Source: Eledone cirrhosa
Taxonomy: Eukaryota
DNA: 64,000 nt
Direction of reading: 5' to 3'
Assembly (NCBI GenBank): GCA_964016885.1
Contig: OZ024740.1
Span: 312,046,001 to 312,110,000, forward strand
The position numbers and the translations under genes were made by a program. The notes beneath the pieces are model-generated. The model was not told where the DNA came from and ran no database searches. It saw nothing but the letters and a program-made list of their open reading frames with translations. Shown here one piece after another: positions 47,525 to 62,015 of this stretch (positions are counted from its first letter, which is position 1; each line of letters starts with the position of its first letter).

Positions 47525-49674
47525 TTTTATATGAGTTATCTGGCTCTCCCTCATACATTTATATATATAATTTTAAAAAATAACATAAAACAGAACATAA
47601 TGGGCACTGATTAACCATAAACAGTATATATTACAAAATCAGTGGAATGAAAAAGTTTAACATGACACCCCAAGCCTGTATGTCATGGAGTGTGCCTAAT
47701 ATCAAATTTTAATAAATACCTGGAAGGAAACATCATGGCTCAAACCATTGCCTTGGACATCGATATAACAATTGGTTGACTATATATTTACTGTAAGGAA
47801 CCATTTCAACGCATAATACACAAACTAAATTAAATAGAATTACACCATGTATAATATATATGTCACCTAAACATATCAGACATCAATCAAAACTTAGTGA
47901 AGCAGAATGTTTTGCAATATTGAGTAATCACCCTTGACATTTTTTAGTTTAACCCTTTAATGTTCAAACCGGCCAGAATTCTCTACCTCTTTGTTGAAAC
48001 TGGCTCAAACGGATGTTAAGGTATTGTTCTCAAAATAAATACTTTCAAAATCTCATAGATCCGATATTATGTGAGATAATTATGCAAGGTAAAGCCTTTA
48101 CCATGAAAATATAATAGTATATATATAGAGTAATGTGAATACTAAAGGGTTAAATTTTGCCTATAGGCATAGCATTTCATTTCATACTTGATAAAATCGA
48201 CTCCAAATACATAGTCGATTAATCTCTCCTTTAGTTTGTGGCTTTATGTCAGCATGACAAAGTTTTCATTGTCAAATGAAATATAAAATTTGACATTTAA
48301 TCTAGTTGTTGGTCTTCACTCCTCTTAAACAGATTCAGCTCTTCATATGCCCATATCTTGGTGAAATCTGTTTGTCTTTAAAACAGTTGTCTCTTATGTC
48401 CTCCACTTCCATGACAACTGCTGATATATGCCCCATTGATTAAAAGATATCTAGATCTTTATCACAATAGTCTGAAAGTTAACAATTACTAAATCAAAAT
48501 GGTCAAGATAAGTTGACCAGACAAATTTGACTGTTGGTAGACTGTAGCTCTGTCTTCATTTAGTGCCTCCTTTTTCAAGTTTGGTACTTATTTTATCACA
48601 CTGCTAAGTTATGGGATATAAACACAAACATATATATATGTATATGATGGGCTTCTGCAGTTTCCACTCAAAGCGATTGGTCAACACAAGGTTATCGTAG
48701 AAATTTGCCCAAGGTGCTATGCAGTGGGACTTAATCTAGAACCACAAGGTTGTGAAGTGAACCTTTTTAACCACTCAGCCATGACAGTCAAAATCCCTTA
48801 CCATATAGATGCTATCAGTCTCAAGCTTAATTCTAACACTAGAGCTATATGTCTATTACATCATATAATAGACATATATGATTGTACAACTTTATAATGC
48901 TCTGAAATGGTTAGTTATGTGAAACTACCCAATATACCAGACACCTGTCTACACAATCTCAACAGTTTTATGTTGAATATTTTCAAACATCAGGGTTAGA
49001 CTACTAGAGGATAAAAACTAACACTGGATAGTGCTATCCAACCAGTCTAGTTTAATATAGAATTGTATCAAATGCATAACTTTTGTGTGGAAAATGTAAG
49101 TTACAAATTTAACCCTTTAGCATTTACATTACTCCATATTTACTATTGTATTTTCACATAAACATTTTATTTCACATATCAAAATCTCAGATTTGATATT
49201 ATTTATTTTGAGAACAATAACTTAATATAAGTATGAGCTGCTGGTTTAAACAGAAAGAGGTAAGAGAATTTTGGCCAGTTTAAATGGTACAGGGTAAACA
49301 ATATGCTGCAGTGAACTTTTTTTTTTTGTTGGGTGGAGGATCTAAAAACTACTTCATGTCCACCTAAAACGTTGCTGTAGGCGTAAAAAAAACAAAAAAC
49401 TTGGCTATTGTCTCTTCTTTTGCCCTACTATCTAAGGCATCTTCAGTAGGTAATTTGGATCTATTTCTCTGTTAAGTTTGTTCTGCTATAACTAGAATCT
49501 GCCAACACTACACCCGATATCCCCCCCCTCCATACACACATGTATATCATGACTCGGACACTGTTCGCTTTCCTGACATTTGTACATTATTCTATGTACT
49601 ATACATGCACCTTTGATGAATTGTAGTGCACCTGAGCACTGTACACAATTTCATTATTATTATAAGGCCCCTTA

Positions 49675-49879
49675 GGGCGGTGGATTGGCAGTATCGGTAG
49701 AGGGCCGGATGCCATGCTTTGCAGCATAGAGTTACGACCATTTATGATCCGAGTTCAAATCTCGCCAAGGTTAACTTTCTTTCATCCTTACAGGGGTCGA
49801 TAAAATAAAGTACCAGTCACACACTGTGGATCGATTTAATCGACTTTCCACTCCCCAAAAATTGCTGGCCTTGTGCCTA
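49675..49879 (+). mobile_element. Full-length tRNA-derived SINE with 14-bp target-site duplication
   Basis: TATAAGGCCCCTTA at 49661-49674 and 49880-49893 flanks the element, immediately downstream of the (ATT)n tail of a CR1 3'-end fragment (49500-49660). Confidence 0.9.
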
Positions 49880-52800
49880 TATAAGGCCCCTTATAGCTGT
49901 GATAATGATAAAGTCAATTTTTACAGATAGTCATCAAATTTCACCTATCAATAATTAGTTAATCAACTCAACACAGAAATGTACCCCAAAACAAGTACTG
50001 CCACCAAGACTAATTCTATACTAACAGCATAGAACCCTTTAGCATATACATTACTCTACATATACTATTATATTTTCATAGTAAACACTTTCTCACATAA
50101 TATCGAATCTGAGATTTTGATATTTATTTTGAGAACAATAACTTAACATAAATATGAGTAGCCAGTTTGAACAGAAGAGGTGAGAGAATTCTGGCCAGAT
50201 ACGGCCGGTTTAAGTGCTAAATGGATCTTGAATTACTAAAATATTTATAAAACTTCCTTCTTACAGAATTTTGTACTGATGCAATTCTGGGTACACCTTT
50301 TTTTGAAATTATAGTTATGGATTAGAGCCTTTTTAAATTTGGAGTCTTACTCAATTGAGACATGGAGATTTGATTAGGTTTTTTTCACTCCAAACTTAAA
50401 TACATTGGAAGATTAAAGTTTTGACTTTTTGACAAATATCACCAAACCAAACAATTCACCATAGTGTGTGCTGATTTTAGCTTTAACTGGTGACTCCAAT
50501 AAGAAAAGGGTCTTTATAGATTTTTCTTAAAATATCAACCATTTGATGCTTATACATGATCCCATCAAAACATATCCAAATATAAATAAGATATTCACCT
50601 GATTTTCTCAACTATTATTTGGAGTGATTGACCCATTATTATGACCAGTTGCATTGGGATTCACATTTCAAATATAGCAAAATTGATATATTAGGATATC
50701 TTTTGAAGCAGCTGGGATGGAAGCTGTGTTGTACGAATTTACTTGGATTCAGATGTCCACTATAAATGGTGGAAAAGTGTTCCAATGAGTCATCAATAAA
50801 AGTATGTGGATGGTTGTTTTACTTTGTGGTGAATCAAAGGATAACTCATCTGACCCATTTTTGAATCTCCTGTCTTGTATTTGATTTATATATTTTGATT
50901 ATGTTGGCTATATTACATTACATGTTGGATTGATCATTAACTGTTGACTAACTGATGGTATTGTAGATAAGATATGAGGAACTGTTGTGATACAAAGTGA
51001 ATCATAAAGGAAAAGGAGGTTGTGACACAGCTTCATCTAGTTGTCTAATCGGAGGGTGAAAAATGGGAAGAAAACTTAGTGGAGGTTAAGATATAAAAAG
51101 CAAAATGAAATACACTGCCCATGTGTAGTATTTATTTCTAAAATTTGAAGAATTTAATGGAACAACTAATCCTTTGATCATTAGGCTGTTGTTTGAAACA
51201 TAACTTAAGAATTTCTTATATTAATTAAAACCTTCCACCATAATTTCATTTTAAAATGAGCAGTTGTATACCATAAAAATGACAGTTTTGGGTGTGTTGG
51301 TATCAAAAGTGTTAATGATTTTCCTGTACTTTAAAATAGCCTGTTCATGTAGGATGAACAACAGGTCTGGTCCATGACTCGAATATCAATATTAATACAA
51401 TGAAAGTGGTAATCACAAGTAAAAAACAAGAACAAAGATAAAGATTTGGTTTTATTCAAAACAGAAGAGAAATTTTCCTCTTGGAGTCAATTACTCAAAG
51501 AATTTTAGTTTTCTTTCTTGAAGAAAATTGTTTTGCATATTAGACATCGCACACATCAATCAGTCTCTTAATGAACTTGTTATAGCTAGTGCATGTCAAT
51601 AAGAACGATAGCAGCAGCAATGATGACAGCAACTGAATTGAAAACAATGTGACCACAATTTATATATTGCTTCATTTAAAGTCACCGCTGTCTGAACTGC
51701 AGGCTTTTAACGTCAGTGGTAGTAGCAAATTTCAGTTGTTTGATAATTTTAATACACAGACATGCTATTTGAATTATTAGATAAGTTTCCCCCCATTGTT
51801 ATAACTAAAGGACTAATTCAAGATACCCCAGCCACTGCCAACACAATATACAATACAAGAGAATTTGAATGATCAAATATGCTAATATAATATTTGTCTT
51901 AAACACTTTACTACAGTCATCATCAGTAGGATTGTTATAGAAATTGAACTATTTAACAAACACACATCTATTATCATTAAGAGAGACAGCTGTATAGCCA
52001 TTTGGTCAACACTGACAGCGTAGTGGAGATTTTTGACAGGAAATAATCTACTATAAATTAATACAGATGCATACATACAAACACATACACACATTCATCT
52101 GTTGTGTTGAACCTCTGTCAGTTCTGACAAGTGTTCCAGTTGATTCGATCATGAAAGTATTGCAGAAGTGGTTGAGCATTCCACAGACACATGTAGCCTT
52201 AACATAGTTCTCAGGGAGATTCCGTATGACACTGTGTAACAAGAATGGCTCTTGAATTACAGGTACAACTCATTTTTGTCAACTGAGAGGAGTAGAGCAA
52301 TGAGAAATGAAGCTGAACACCCTAACCACTAAGCTATGCATCTTCAAACATACATACTGTGTAAATTATAAATACGGCAGCAACAACTTGAATTATTTTA
52401 ATTATTCATCTTACAAATATTATTGCTATGACTGGTAATGTGTAATTTGTGAATGAAAGACATTTTGTTTCATTTTTTTTTTTATACTACATAGAAGAGT
52501 GGGATAGGGGGCTTGCATCGATTAAAAAACAAACAATAAATCAATTTCACTTGATTTCCTTAACATACATATATATACATACACATACACACATATATAT
52601 ATATATATATACATACATACATACAAACACACACATATATATGTATATATATATACATACATACACACACACATATATATATAACAAAACAAAAGCTCTT
52701 AATAGTATGTTTAAAAAAAAGAATAGGAAGCAAACAAAGAATTCCAAAACAATTTACAAAGCCAAAAAAAAAAAAAAACACTATTTTTATAAACAACCGC

Positions 52801-54837
52801 GGAATTGTGATTTCATAACCAGAAAGATATACAATTTATATTTACAGGAAAAGCAAGTCTCTGGGATGACAATTTCTTTTAAAATGTTCATTGAGAGTAT
52901 CAAAAGTGCTCCCATTAGATATATTTGGATTTGTGTTAGACACATGTATAATAAATCTCTAAAAAGTATTTTAAAATATGTATTTTCATAGAATTTCTTT
53001 CAGAAAAAGAAACAAAACAAAGAATAACCACTCCTCGACATAAGAAGAGTATCAAAGGGAATGGAAAATATATTGCTGGAGTAAGATGGTGTAGATAGTT
53101 TAGCTCTAATAGTTGTAATCACACACACTAGTTATTGCAACAAGAATAATGTTCAAATTTGTTCAAATACAATAACAAAGAACACCTAGCTTAAATTGAG
53201 TCAATTCATTCTCTTAGGTATTAAGAATATCACACATGCACACATACATACATTTTCACAAACGTTAGGGTAAGGAACATGATTTGAAAAGAAGAGATAT
53301 ATTTTAAATACTGTTTTTGTGAAGCATACACACACATACATATATAATACATTCCAGTTCAAACTGTTGAAAAATAATATGCTTGTATTTTTGCCTTCAT
53401 ATACATAATGAAATACATATGCACATATAAGTGTGTTTGTATATATGTGAATTATTTCTTGAAGCAAGATGCACTAAAACTTGAATGTAGAACAGAAAAA
53501 GAGATCCACAATCTGCATTGAAACAGTCTCAATTAAGAAATAAACATAATCAATTTCAATTTATATAGATATTTAACTGCTTATAGCAGAGAACATTCCA
53601 TCTTCATAATCAACAGTCTGTTGCTTCATCCTTTGAAGAAAAAAAAAAAAAAAGGTTGTCTCTACCAAATGCTATTTGTGATAGTTTCAGTTTGTCAAAA
53701 TATATTTTTCTGTAAAGAATATCTTTAGAAGTTGTGTTACCCCAAAGCTTGGTGCTGAGAACCTGAATATACTAAAGGTACATAAAATGAAATTATAAAG
53801 GTTGATTAATGCATGTTAACAAGATAGAAATAACTGTTCATAAACAGTACCTGTCTAACAATAAAAATTTAAGACCCAAGTTCTTGTAAGTTTAAGCAAG
53901 CAAATCCCCTTGGATAGAATACTCTCCTATGACAGTTAACTGTCATACCTCTTCCTGGCAGCGTAGTGAAATAGGAAATCAGTGGGATGTGAAAACAAGT
54001 ATCTTGTTTGTTCAGAGACACAAGAAAACATCTGCAATAGCTTTGGACTCACAATGGACCAACAAAAAAATTACCCAGAAACTTAAAATAAAATATTATA
54101 AACCTTTTTTTACTTCTCAAAGGGGAAGCATGAAATTATAAATGAAAATGGATTCTAGTTCCATTATGCAAATTCAAAGAGAAAAACAGTAACTAACCCT
54201 CTAGTATATATGTGTATTGTTCATAGCATTTTACTCATTATCTCTCGTCTTTTTATAAACAGTAAGGATTCTATATATTTATTTTTTGTCAAAAATGAAC
54301 ATTATTTCATTCACACCTATCTTCCACAAAATCCTGAAACATTTGGTGGCACTATTTTAAAACTTAGTTCTTTCACCTTTACAAATGTAGATAGATAAAG
54401 TGGAATACCAGCTTATATGCTGGCATGTAGGATGAAACATTACTCCATAGCAAATTTCCATTTGAACAATATGGTTAGGAAATATGATCAGAAAATTAAG
54501 AGGAAGGAAGTGGGGGAAGAGGAAGGTAACAAATAAAATAACAAAATGTTGGTTTTAGGCCCAAACTAGAAAGTAAGGAAGGGAGAAGGAGCAGACATGC
54601 ATAGAAACATGTGTGTGTGCAAACACACAGCCTCGTACGTAGATTTTCTCAAACAAAATCCAACATAAGCTATCAACGGTATAAAGTAGATTGATGCTGG
54701 AGTCGTAGAATCCTCAGCAGTAGCACCATCCATCCATCCATCCGTGATATCACAAGGAAGAGAACAGAGAAACTGTAGAAGATGGAGATGCTTTGGAGCT
54801 GAGATATTGCATGTTGTAAACGAGACCATGGGAGCAT

Positions 54838-56847
54838 TCATCGCACCACAGAAATTGGAGGAGGGGGTGGAGGTGGTGGTGCACGGCGACTTCCAGCTGA
54901 AAAATATAAAATGTAAACTACAATCAGAAGAATACTTAGGAATTGGTAAATATCTGAAAATCTAATGGCCAGGTACAAAAAGCCGTGAAAATAACATCAA
55001 TTACTAAAAAAATGTCAATTGGGGGGTTAATAAAATAAACAGCTTGATTACTTTGCTTTCTACGAGAAAACATGGTTAATAAAATTTAACCAAGAAGAGT
55101 GTAAAGTTTTGATAAACACAAGAAAAGGCTAATCATTAGAGAATACTATCTACACATACAACACAGAGCATGTGTTCAAGAAATGAACACGTTATGTGTT
55201 GACCTCTCTTCTAAACCAAATTGGAAGCCCCACATCAACAAAATCCTCAAATAGACATAATGACTGTAAGGCTTTGTCTAAGGAAGAAACTTAGTGTTGA
55301 TGATTAAACCAAACCTGATTATCTAAACTATGCATCTGTAGTTTGGGATAAAATTGGGAAAGATAATGTTGTATTTTGGAAAAATCTGGAACAGATCAAA
55401 AATAACTTAGCATTCTTTCTCATTGGCAGCAAAGGAGAAAATGCATGAACACATGTAGGCACACACAGAATTAGAAATCTGAGGCTTAAACCATTGGTGG
55501 AGTGATCAGCACAGATAAATGTTCCATATATAATCATACAGTAAACCATAATTGTCAAGCATGATTGCTAAGAGTTAGTTAAAGGCTTGCAGTGCTGCAA
55601 TTCCAACCAATATTTAGTAGTTGGGGTTGTTTCCTTTCTTTCTGGAATAAACTGGCTATGATCAGATCTGAAGAGGAAGATGGCCAAAATTTGTGTTAGT
55701 TCTCCAGGTCACAGCCCAGTAGTTGTAATAGTCAAAATTGAAACACATAACCCTGTAGTCAGTATTTTGCTGTTAATCTTATGTAAATTTCTGAGATAAC
55801 TTTAGGAAGAGGAGGATGAGAAAAAAAGCTCTCTTCTGTCATGACTGACCATGAGGTTGCACCTGGAAAATCCCTCTCCGGGCAAGGTGTTTTGTGGAAG
55901 ACCAACAGTAGCCCATGCATGCTAATCTCCCCTCTCCTTGCCACAGTACACAATGTACTTCCCAGCCCATAAGTCAAACTCATGACTTTACGATTGTGAA
56001 CACAACCACCTAATAACTCAGGCATGCACCTTCACAAAAAATAACTTTATTTGATGGAATAATATGTAGATAAGATAAACTACTGCAACAAAAGCCATGT
56101 TTAGCTAAAAGTTTTTTGACTGTTTCTCTGATTTGTCTATAAGATCATTCAAACACATGAAGTGAGACCTCAAAACCAGAGTGGTGTAAATTATCAAGTT
56201 AGTGTTGATATTGCGGCCTCACAGACCCAGCATCCAAAGGAAGTCAAGCTACAGTGTGGCCTGAAATGGGAGCCTAAGAGGCATTCTCATTAAAGTGGTG
56301 CCAGATTATTTAAAAGTTGAATACGAAGATGATGTAAAATAATATGCCGTGGTAGATTAGCCCCAGGTCAGCCCTTTTGAGCAGAACTATGATCAAAGGC
56401 ATTCCAACTGTGACCACCCAGTCTTTTTTAATATCTATGAATGCATGTTCCATTGTGCCCTTCTTTTTTAAAAGATAGTAGAATGTGATTATGTGATTTG
56501 AAGATTTGGTTGCTATTTCTAGCCAGCCAAGCAGCCACACAAAGGTTCCTAATGAGACAAATATATAATAGTAATCAAGGTAAACTACTTTTCAGTGAAA
56601 TTTCACAATTACTACATTATTTAATGAAATTAAATTGTAGAAAAACATTACTCAAATTATAAAGAAAAAAATACACGAAATCAACTAATTTAACTATTCC
56701 CTCTGGCTACATGTAACAAAAGATCTGAATTGGTTGACTTACCAGCATTTCTTGCACCGCGACTGGGATATGTCTTTGCACACCCAGTAAAAGGCTCAGG
56801 AGTTGGAAATTCCAATATATTATGGAAATGGCAACGTTTCATAATAT
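54838..56847 (-). CDS. WASP-interacting protein family (WIP/WIPF/verprolin-like), last two coding exons; upstream exons are outside the window
   Basis: Exon 56847-56743 (acceptor ttttatag, donor GTAAGT) encodes (D)IMKRCHFHNILEFPTPEPFTGCAKTYPSRGARNA, matching the WIP WASP-binding domain pattern (F.FH....LP.PEP......K.YPS). Exon 54896-54838 encodes AGSRRAPPPPPPPPISVVR*. Phases match. Confidence 0.85.
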
Positions 56848-57099
56848 CTATAAAAAAAATTAAAATAATGCAATAAGAGAAAGGATCAGCAAAACTTAAT
56901 TGTAATTATCAGCTCTGTAAATTGTTAAATACAAATCAATTACATCAACGTTTTCCTTGCTAGCAAGGGTTAAATGGAATTTCAATTGACTCGGTTGATA
57001 CTCAAATAGTGAAATATATACAAAGTCCATCATTATCATTATTAGTGCCATTACAGATCATTTACTACTTCTAACACACTATTCGGAGACTATTCTCTA

Positions 57100-58093
57100 A
57101 CAACTGAAGCTGGCTGTGGACAAGTGTACCACCATGCATTTTGGAAGGAAAAATCCAGCGTCCACATACTCCCTCCACAACACTGATATCAAGAAGTCCT
57201 CTTGTGAACGTGACCTGGGCATTACTGTCAGCAGCGATTTGCGTTGGACAAAGCATGTCTCTAAGATTGTCAAGAAGGCCGAGGGTGTCTTGGCATCACT
57301 CAGCAAGACCTTTGTTAGCCGCTCTCCAGCCATCTATTTAAAACTGTATACAGCTATGGTACGACCACACTTGGAATTCGCATCATCAGTCTGGAACCCC
57401 TATCTTGCTCAGAACATTGACCGCCTGGAAACTGTTCAGAGACGTGCAACCAAACGCATACCCTCCATCAGACACCTACCATACTCTGAATGCCTTGCTT
57501 CCCTGGGCATGGATTCATTGAAGCTCTGACGTCTGGCAATGGACTTGGTGAATACCCACAAAGTTATTAACCATCTCACCAATTGCAACCCTGAGCACCT
57601 TTTTGATCTCCATGTGTCTAACACACGTGGACATGCCTACAAAATCAGAAAACAGCACAGCTCCCATGACTTTCGTAGAATTTTTTCACGCTCAGAGTTG
57701 CTGAAGCATGGAACAAACTGCCTGCATCAGTTGTTAGCTGCCGAGACACTGCATCCTTTAAGACACTCATGCTTCCCAAAATACGCCAAAACTACACCTG
57801 ATGTACCCCTTCCATACGCATGCACACGTGTGTATCATGACTCGTGCACTGTTCATTTTACTGATGTTTGTGCATTGCCCTATGTACTATACATACACTT
57901 TTTGATGAGTTGTGGTGCACCTGGGCACTGTACACAATATTTCATTATTATTATTGTTGTTGTTATTATATCATGACTCATACACTGTTCATTTTCCTGA
58001 CATTTGTACATTATTCTATGTACTATACATGCACCTTTGATGAGTTGTAGTGCACCTGAGCACTGTACACAATAATTTCATTATTATTATTAT
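57100..58093 (+). mobile_element. CR1-clade LINE 3' part with duplicated 3' end
   Basis: Near-identical to 5205-6034; premature TGA at 57527; the last ~120 bp of the 3' UTR are repeated at 57968-58093. Confidence 0.92.
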
Positions 58094-59179
58094 AATACAT
58101 TTTTTGTTTGTTTGTTTGATACCAGAATAAAGCAATTTATTAAAGAACATCGTACAAAGAATGTGAAAGGGTAGTAACCTACAGTCTAAGGATTATCTGT
58201 GTGTGTTATCATAACTTGTTAATTATGAACCTCTGTCATGACAAAAAGCACCCAGTACACACTGTATAGTGGTCATGTAGGCGTCATGACAAAAAGCACC
58301 CAGTACTCACTGTAAATAAGGTTGGCGTTAGGAAGGGCATCCAGCTGTGGAAACCAAGCCAAGATCAGTTCTGTATGAGCAAGACATGGTCACCTGACCT
58401 AGCATTGCTCACAAGACAACTCGCCTAACCCATGCTAGTATGGAAAAATGGACGTAAAATGGGGATGATGATGATGATGATGTCCTCTTAGATGGAGTAA
58501 GGGACTGCATCTTGCTCAGATACATTCCTTTTTGTACAAAATTATCTAATGTTTCCTTACATTTTTAAAGATGCTAAGAAGTAATTTGAGGGAGATTTGG
58601 CAGGATGAATGACTGCATAAAAACACCTTTATTGGCTTGATGGTTAAGATGCTGGAGATGTTGATAATTTGCCTAGAAGCGTACTAAAATGCATTTTACC
58701 TTTCATATCACTGTGTTGCAAATTTTTGGACCAGATCTCCTGTTTGAGGATGGCTTCCTCCCTCCAGTCTTGGAGACAGACCTTTCCTACCTAACTAAAC
58801 AATAAGTAACAACTACAAAACATATCCTATAGCTGGATGCCCTTCTTTATTCCAATTCTTGTGTTGCAACCAAGGCACTGATTACAAAACAAATACTACT
58901 GGCAGTATCAAATGAGGGGCAATTACCCACTAAGTATTGGCAAGCTCAATAGAATCTAAAACCACATTGTTGCAAAGCAAACTTCTTACTCACACACCCA
59001 TGCTTATAGCAATGGCATGAAAAATAAAGAAGTTACATATAGAAGTAAACAAGATTTTAAAAAAACCCCCCAGAAAACCAGAAACAGAGTATTTCTCTAA
59101 CATATATGCTAATAAGAGTTAACGAACCCAATATGAAGTGAACCATTCTTCTTGAAACCTTACAAAGAAAAATAGTTAT

Positions 59180-59666
59180 TTAACCCTTTCATTACCATAT
59201 TTCTAATGAAAGACACTGCCTATGGTTTTCAAATAATTTTTTAAATAATTAAATATTCGAAGGGATTTAGTAATATAATTAACTTTCTCATTATTAAATT
59301 GGTGTTTAGAGCGGTGGAGTGGCAGTATTGATAGAGCGTTGGACAACATGCTTTGGAGCATAGAGTTACGACGCTTTACGTTCTGAGTTCAAACCCCGCC
59401 AAAGTTAGCTTTGCCTTTCATTCTTACAGGGTCAATAAAATAAAGCACCAGTAATACACTGGGGTCAATTTGATCAACCCCCCCCCCCCCCCCTCAAATT
59501 GCTGGCCTTGTGCCTAAAGTAGAAACAATTATTAAATTAGCATTTGGAGTATAACTGAACCAACGTTCTTACATAAAATTATGGCCGATGGTTTTTTTTA
59601 GATAAATATAACAGTATTGTATTATGGAACTAGTGGTTTCAGGTGGTTTGATATTAGAAGGGTTAA
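59180..59666. mobile_element. piggyBac-type MITE interrupted by a SINE (59310-59530)
   Basis: TTAAccctttc...gaagggTTAA ends with a full SINE inside. Confidence 0.6.
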
Positions 59667-60424
59667 ATGTAATGTTAAATATTTAATTACCAATACTGCT
59701 ATTTCTGTACTGCATTAGTTTCATATCAATCAGAGTAAAGACTATACTATTTCTAATTAAATTAATACTTTAGTTGTCTGTAACAATTTTAATTAGGGAG
59801 GTGACATATTGTCAAAATAATATTTTACAACCTAATTTTGCACATTTGTTTAACCCTTTAGCATTCACATTACTCTATATATGCTATTATATTTTCATGG
59901 TAAATGCTTTATCTCACAAAATATTGAATCTATGAGATTTTGAAAGTATTTATTTTGAGAACAATACCTTAACATCAGTTTGAGTGACCAGTTACAGCCA
60001 GTTTCAACAGAAAAGGGTAGAGAATTCTGGCCGGTTTTGGCCGGTTTGAACATTAAAGGGTTAAAATATATAAATAAGACAGATGTTACTTAGTTTTGTT
60101 TGGAAAAAAAAACAATTAAAACATTGAAATTCACGTTGGGAAGGAGGATAATGGTTTCAAGTTAGATGTGTGTTTTACTTTTATTTTTTTCAGAAGGGCA
60201 TAATCAAACACATTCCCAATTTATCAATGCCACCACCACCACCACTTTACATGCATTTTTTAAAGCTAACATGGGTTGGATGGGTCAGAGAACCAGACTT
60301 TGCTCATATGTTCCATTTTTGGAATGGTTTTTATGGTCTTCCTAACAACAACCCTTATCCCAAGTGTATCAGGTACATTATATAAGGCACCAGCACTAAG
60401 AGTATTCAAAATTTATTACTAATA

Positions 60425-60765
60425 CATCATCCTTATTACATCTATTTTCCATGCTTTGATGGGTTAGAGAAATTGTCATGTTGAGAGGTTAGACGGGTTA
60501 GACGACTATATCTCACGCATTTCCTTCTGGCATGGTTTCTATGGCTGGATGCCCTTAATGCCAACCACTTTGTGGCCTGTACCTACCAGATGCATTCTAA
60601 TGTGGTATCAGTACTATCACATTACAGTGTAGGCTGGGTGCATTTTATTGTGGAACTAGCACTACCTCTTTACAGTGTAGGCTGAATGCATTTTATTGTG
60701 GCACCAGCGCTACCACTTTATGGTGTGAGCTGAATGCATTTTATTGTGGCATCAGCCCTACCAAT
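60425..60765 (+). repeat. Dispersed (CAT)n-tailed repeat with internal ~43-bp tandem units (relatives at ~240-570, 4330-4630, 13380-13730, 28190-28510, 40885-41120, 58235-58480)
   Basis: Shared tttctatggctggatgccctt..taa..ccaaccactt core; tandem cagcactaccactttacagtgtaggctg..tgcattttattgtgg units. Confidence 0.65.
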
Positions 60766-62015
60766 ACATATTTATTATTGAACCTCCATTTCTATTCGAT
60801 ATAGAAAATATGGGAAATGTTTAAACATATTTCATTGAGTTTTCTATCATTGCACACATTTGGTGACACATTTCAGTTAGATAAATGGGAGTGTTGTTAG
60901 TAATACAGAATATCATTATGAAAGTGTAAAACTGTCTTGTCTACAACATATAATCATTCCTAGTTAGCTATTTGACAATCCCTGCATTAAACATGTTAGC
61001 AATATTGTTTTTTTATGAGGATGGCATTCTGAGTTCTCTAAATAGCCAGTATGACTATGTGGTTAAAGAAACTACAGACGCCTATAGTATACACACATAT
61101 ATGAGGATGTGAGTGTCTGTGTTTATATTGTGTAACTTAACAGCTTGACAAAAAGAGATCGACAATATAGGTACTAGACTTGAAAAAGTATGTACACGAT
61201 TGCAGTCTAATGGTTGAAATCAGTAAATGAGTATTTTACTCTTTTACCTTGATTTAGTTGATCATATCGACTCCAGTGCTTATTTTTCAAGCCTGGTACT
61301 TAATGTATTGATCTTTTATTTGTTGAACAGCTAAGTTATAGGACATAAAGGCAGGCAGCCAGACAGGCACACACACACACACAATGGGCTTCTTCAATTT
61401 CCACCTACCAAAATTCCACTCGCAAGGCATTAATCAACCTCAAGCTATAGTATAAGAGACTTTCCCAACGTACTGCACAGCAGTACTAAACCCAGAACCA
61501 ACTGGTTGCAAAGCATACAAATTAACCACTCAGCTATACCTACACCTATATATATATATACATATATAATACACATTGACTAAATTGATTTATAATAATA
61601 TGAGAAGTCACAATACAGGCTCATATTACAAAGTAGAAAAAGTTAACTTACAATATAATAAACCAAATTACAGGAATATAATATATCAAAGAAAAAAACT
61701 ACAACTTACTGTGGGCTATTATTTTTTGTTTTTAAATTCCTATATGTATAGGAGTTAATCACAGCATTCCTAGTTAGTTTCAAACAACATTACAACTAAA
61801 TGTTTACACAGTTTAAATGAATTATAAGGAAAATATATAATTTAGAAAAGAGTATCAACTGGATTAGGTAACATCCAGATAAAATGGCTTTGTCATGAAA
61901 AATGAATAACAGCAGACTGTAAAGCCAAAATTATTTTTAGCAGCTCTCATTTCAATATGAAAAACAGATAAAGCTGGGATGAATAAAATTAGTTTTTTTT
62001 CGTGAAAGTTCTTCT

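Noticed and set aside
49675-49770. tRNA genes
   Set aside because: The A/B-box-like heads belong to SINEs and no complete cloverleaf can be drawn.
50280-51070. Possible pseudogene or viral remnant
   Set aside because: All frames are interrupted. The only recognisable part (50940-51070) resembles the RTE endonuclease fragment at ~38080-38200, and the rest is unidentifiable by eye.
52449-52991. 180-aa ORF and similar YIYI/CVCV ORFs (1937, 14474, 26591, 47079)
   Set aside because: These are translations of TA/CA microsatellites.
54566-54965. ORFs 54566-54841 (-) and 54744-54965 (+)
   Set aside because: They are alternative frames over the WIPF terminal exon and UTR; the phase-consistent frame ends at TGA 54838.
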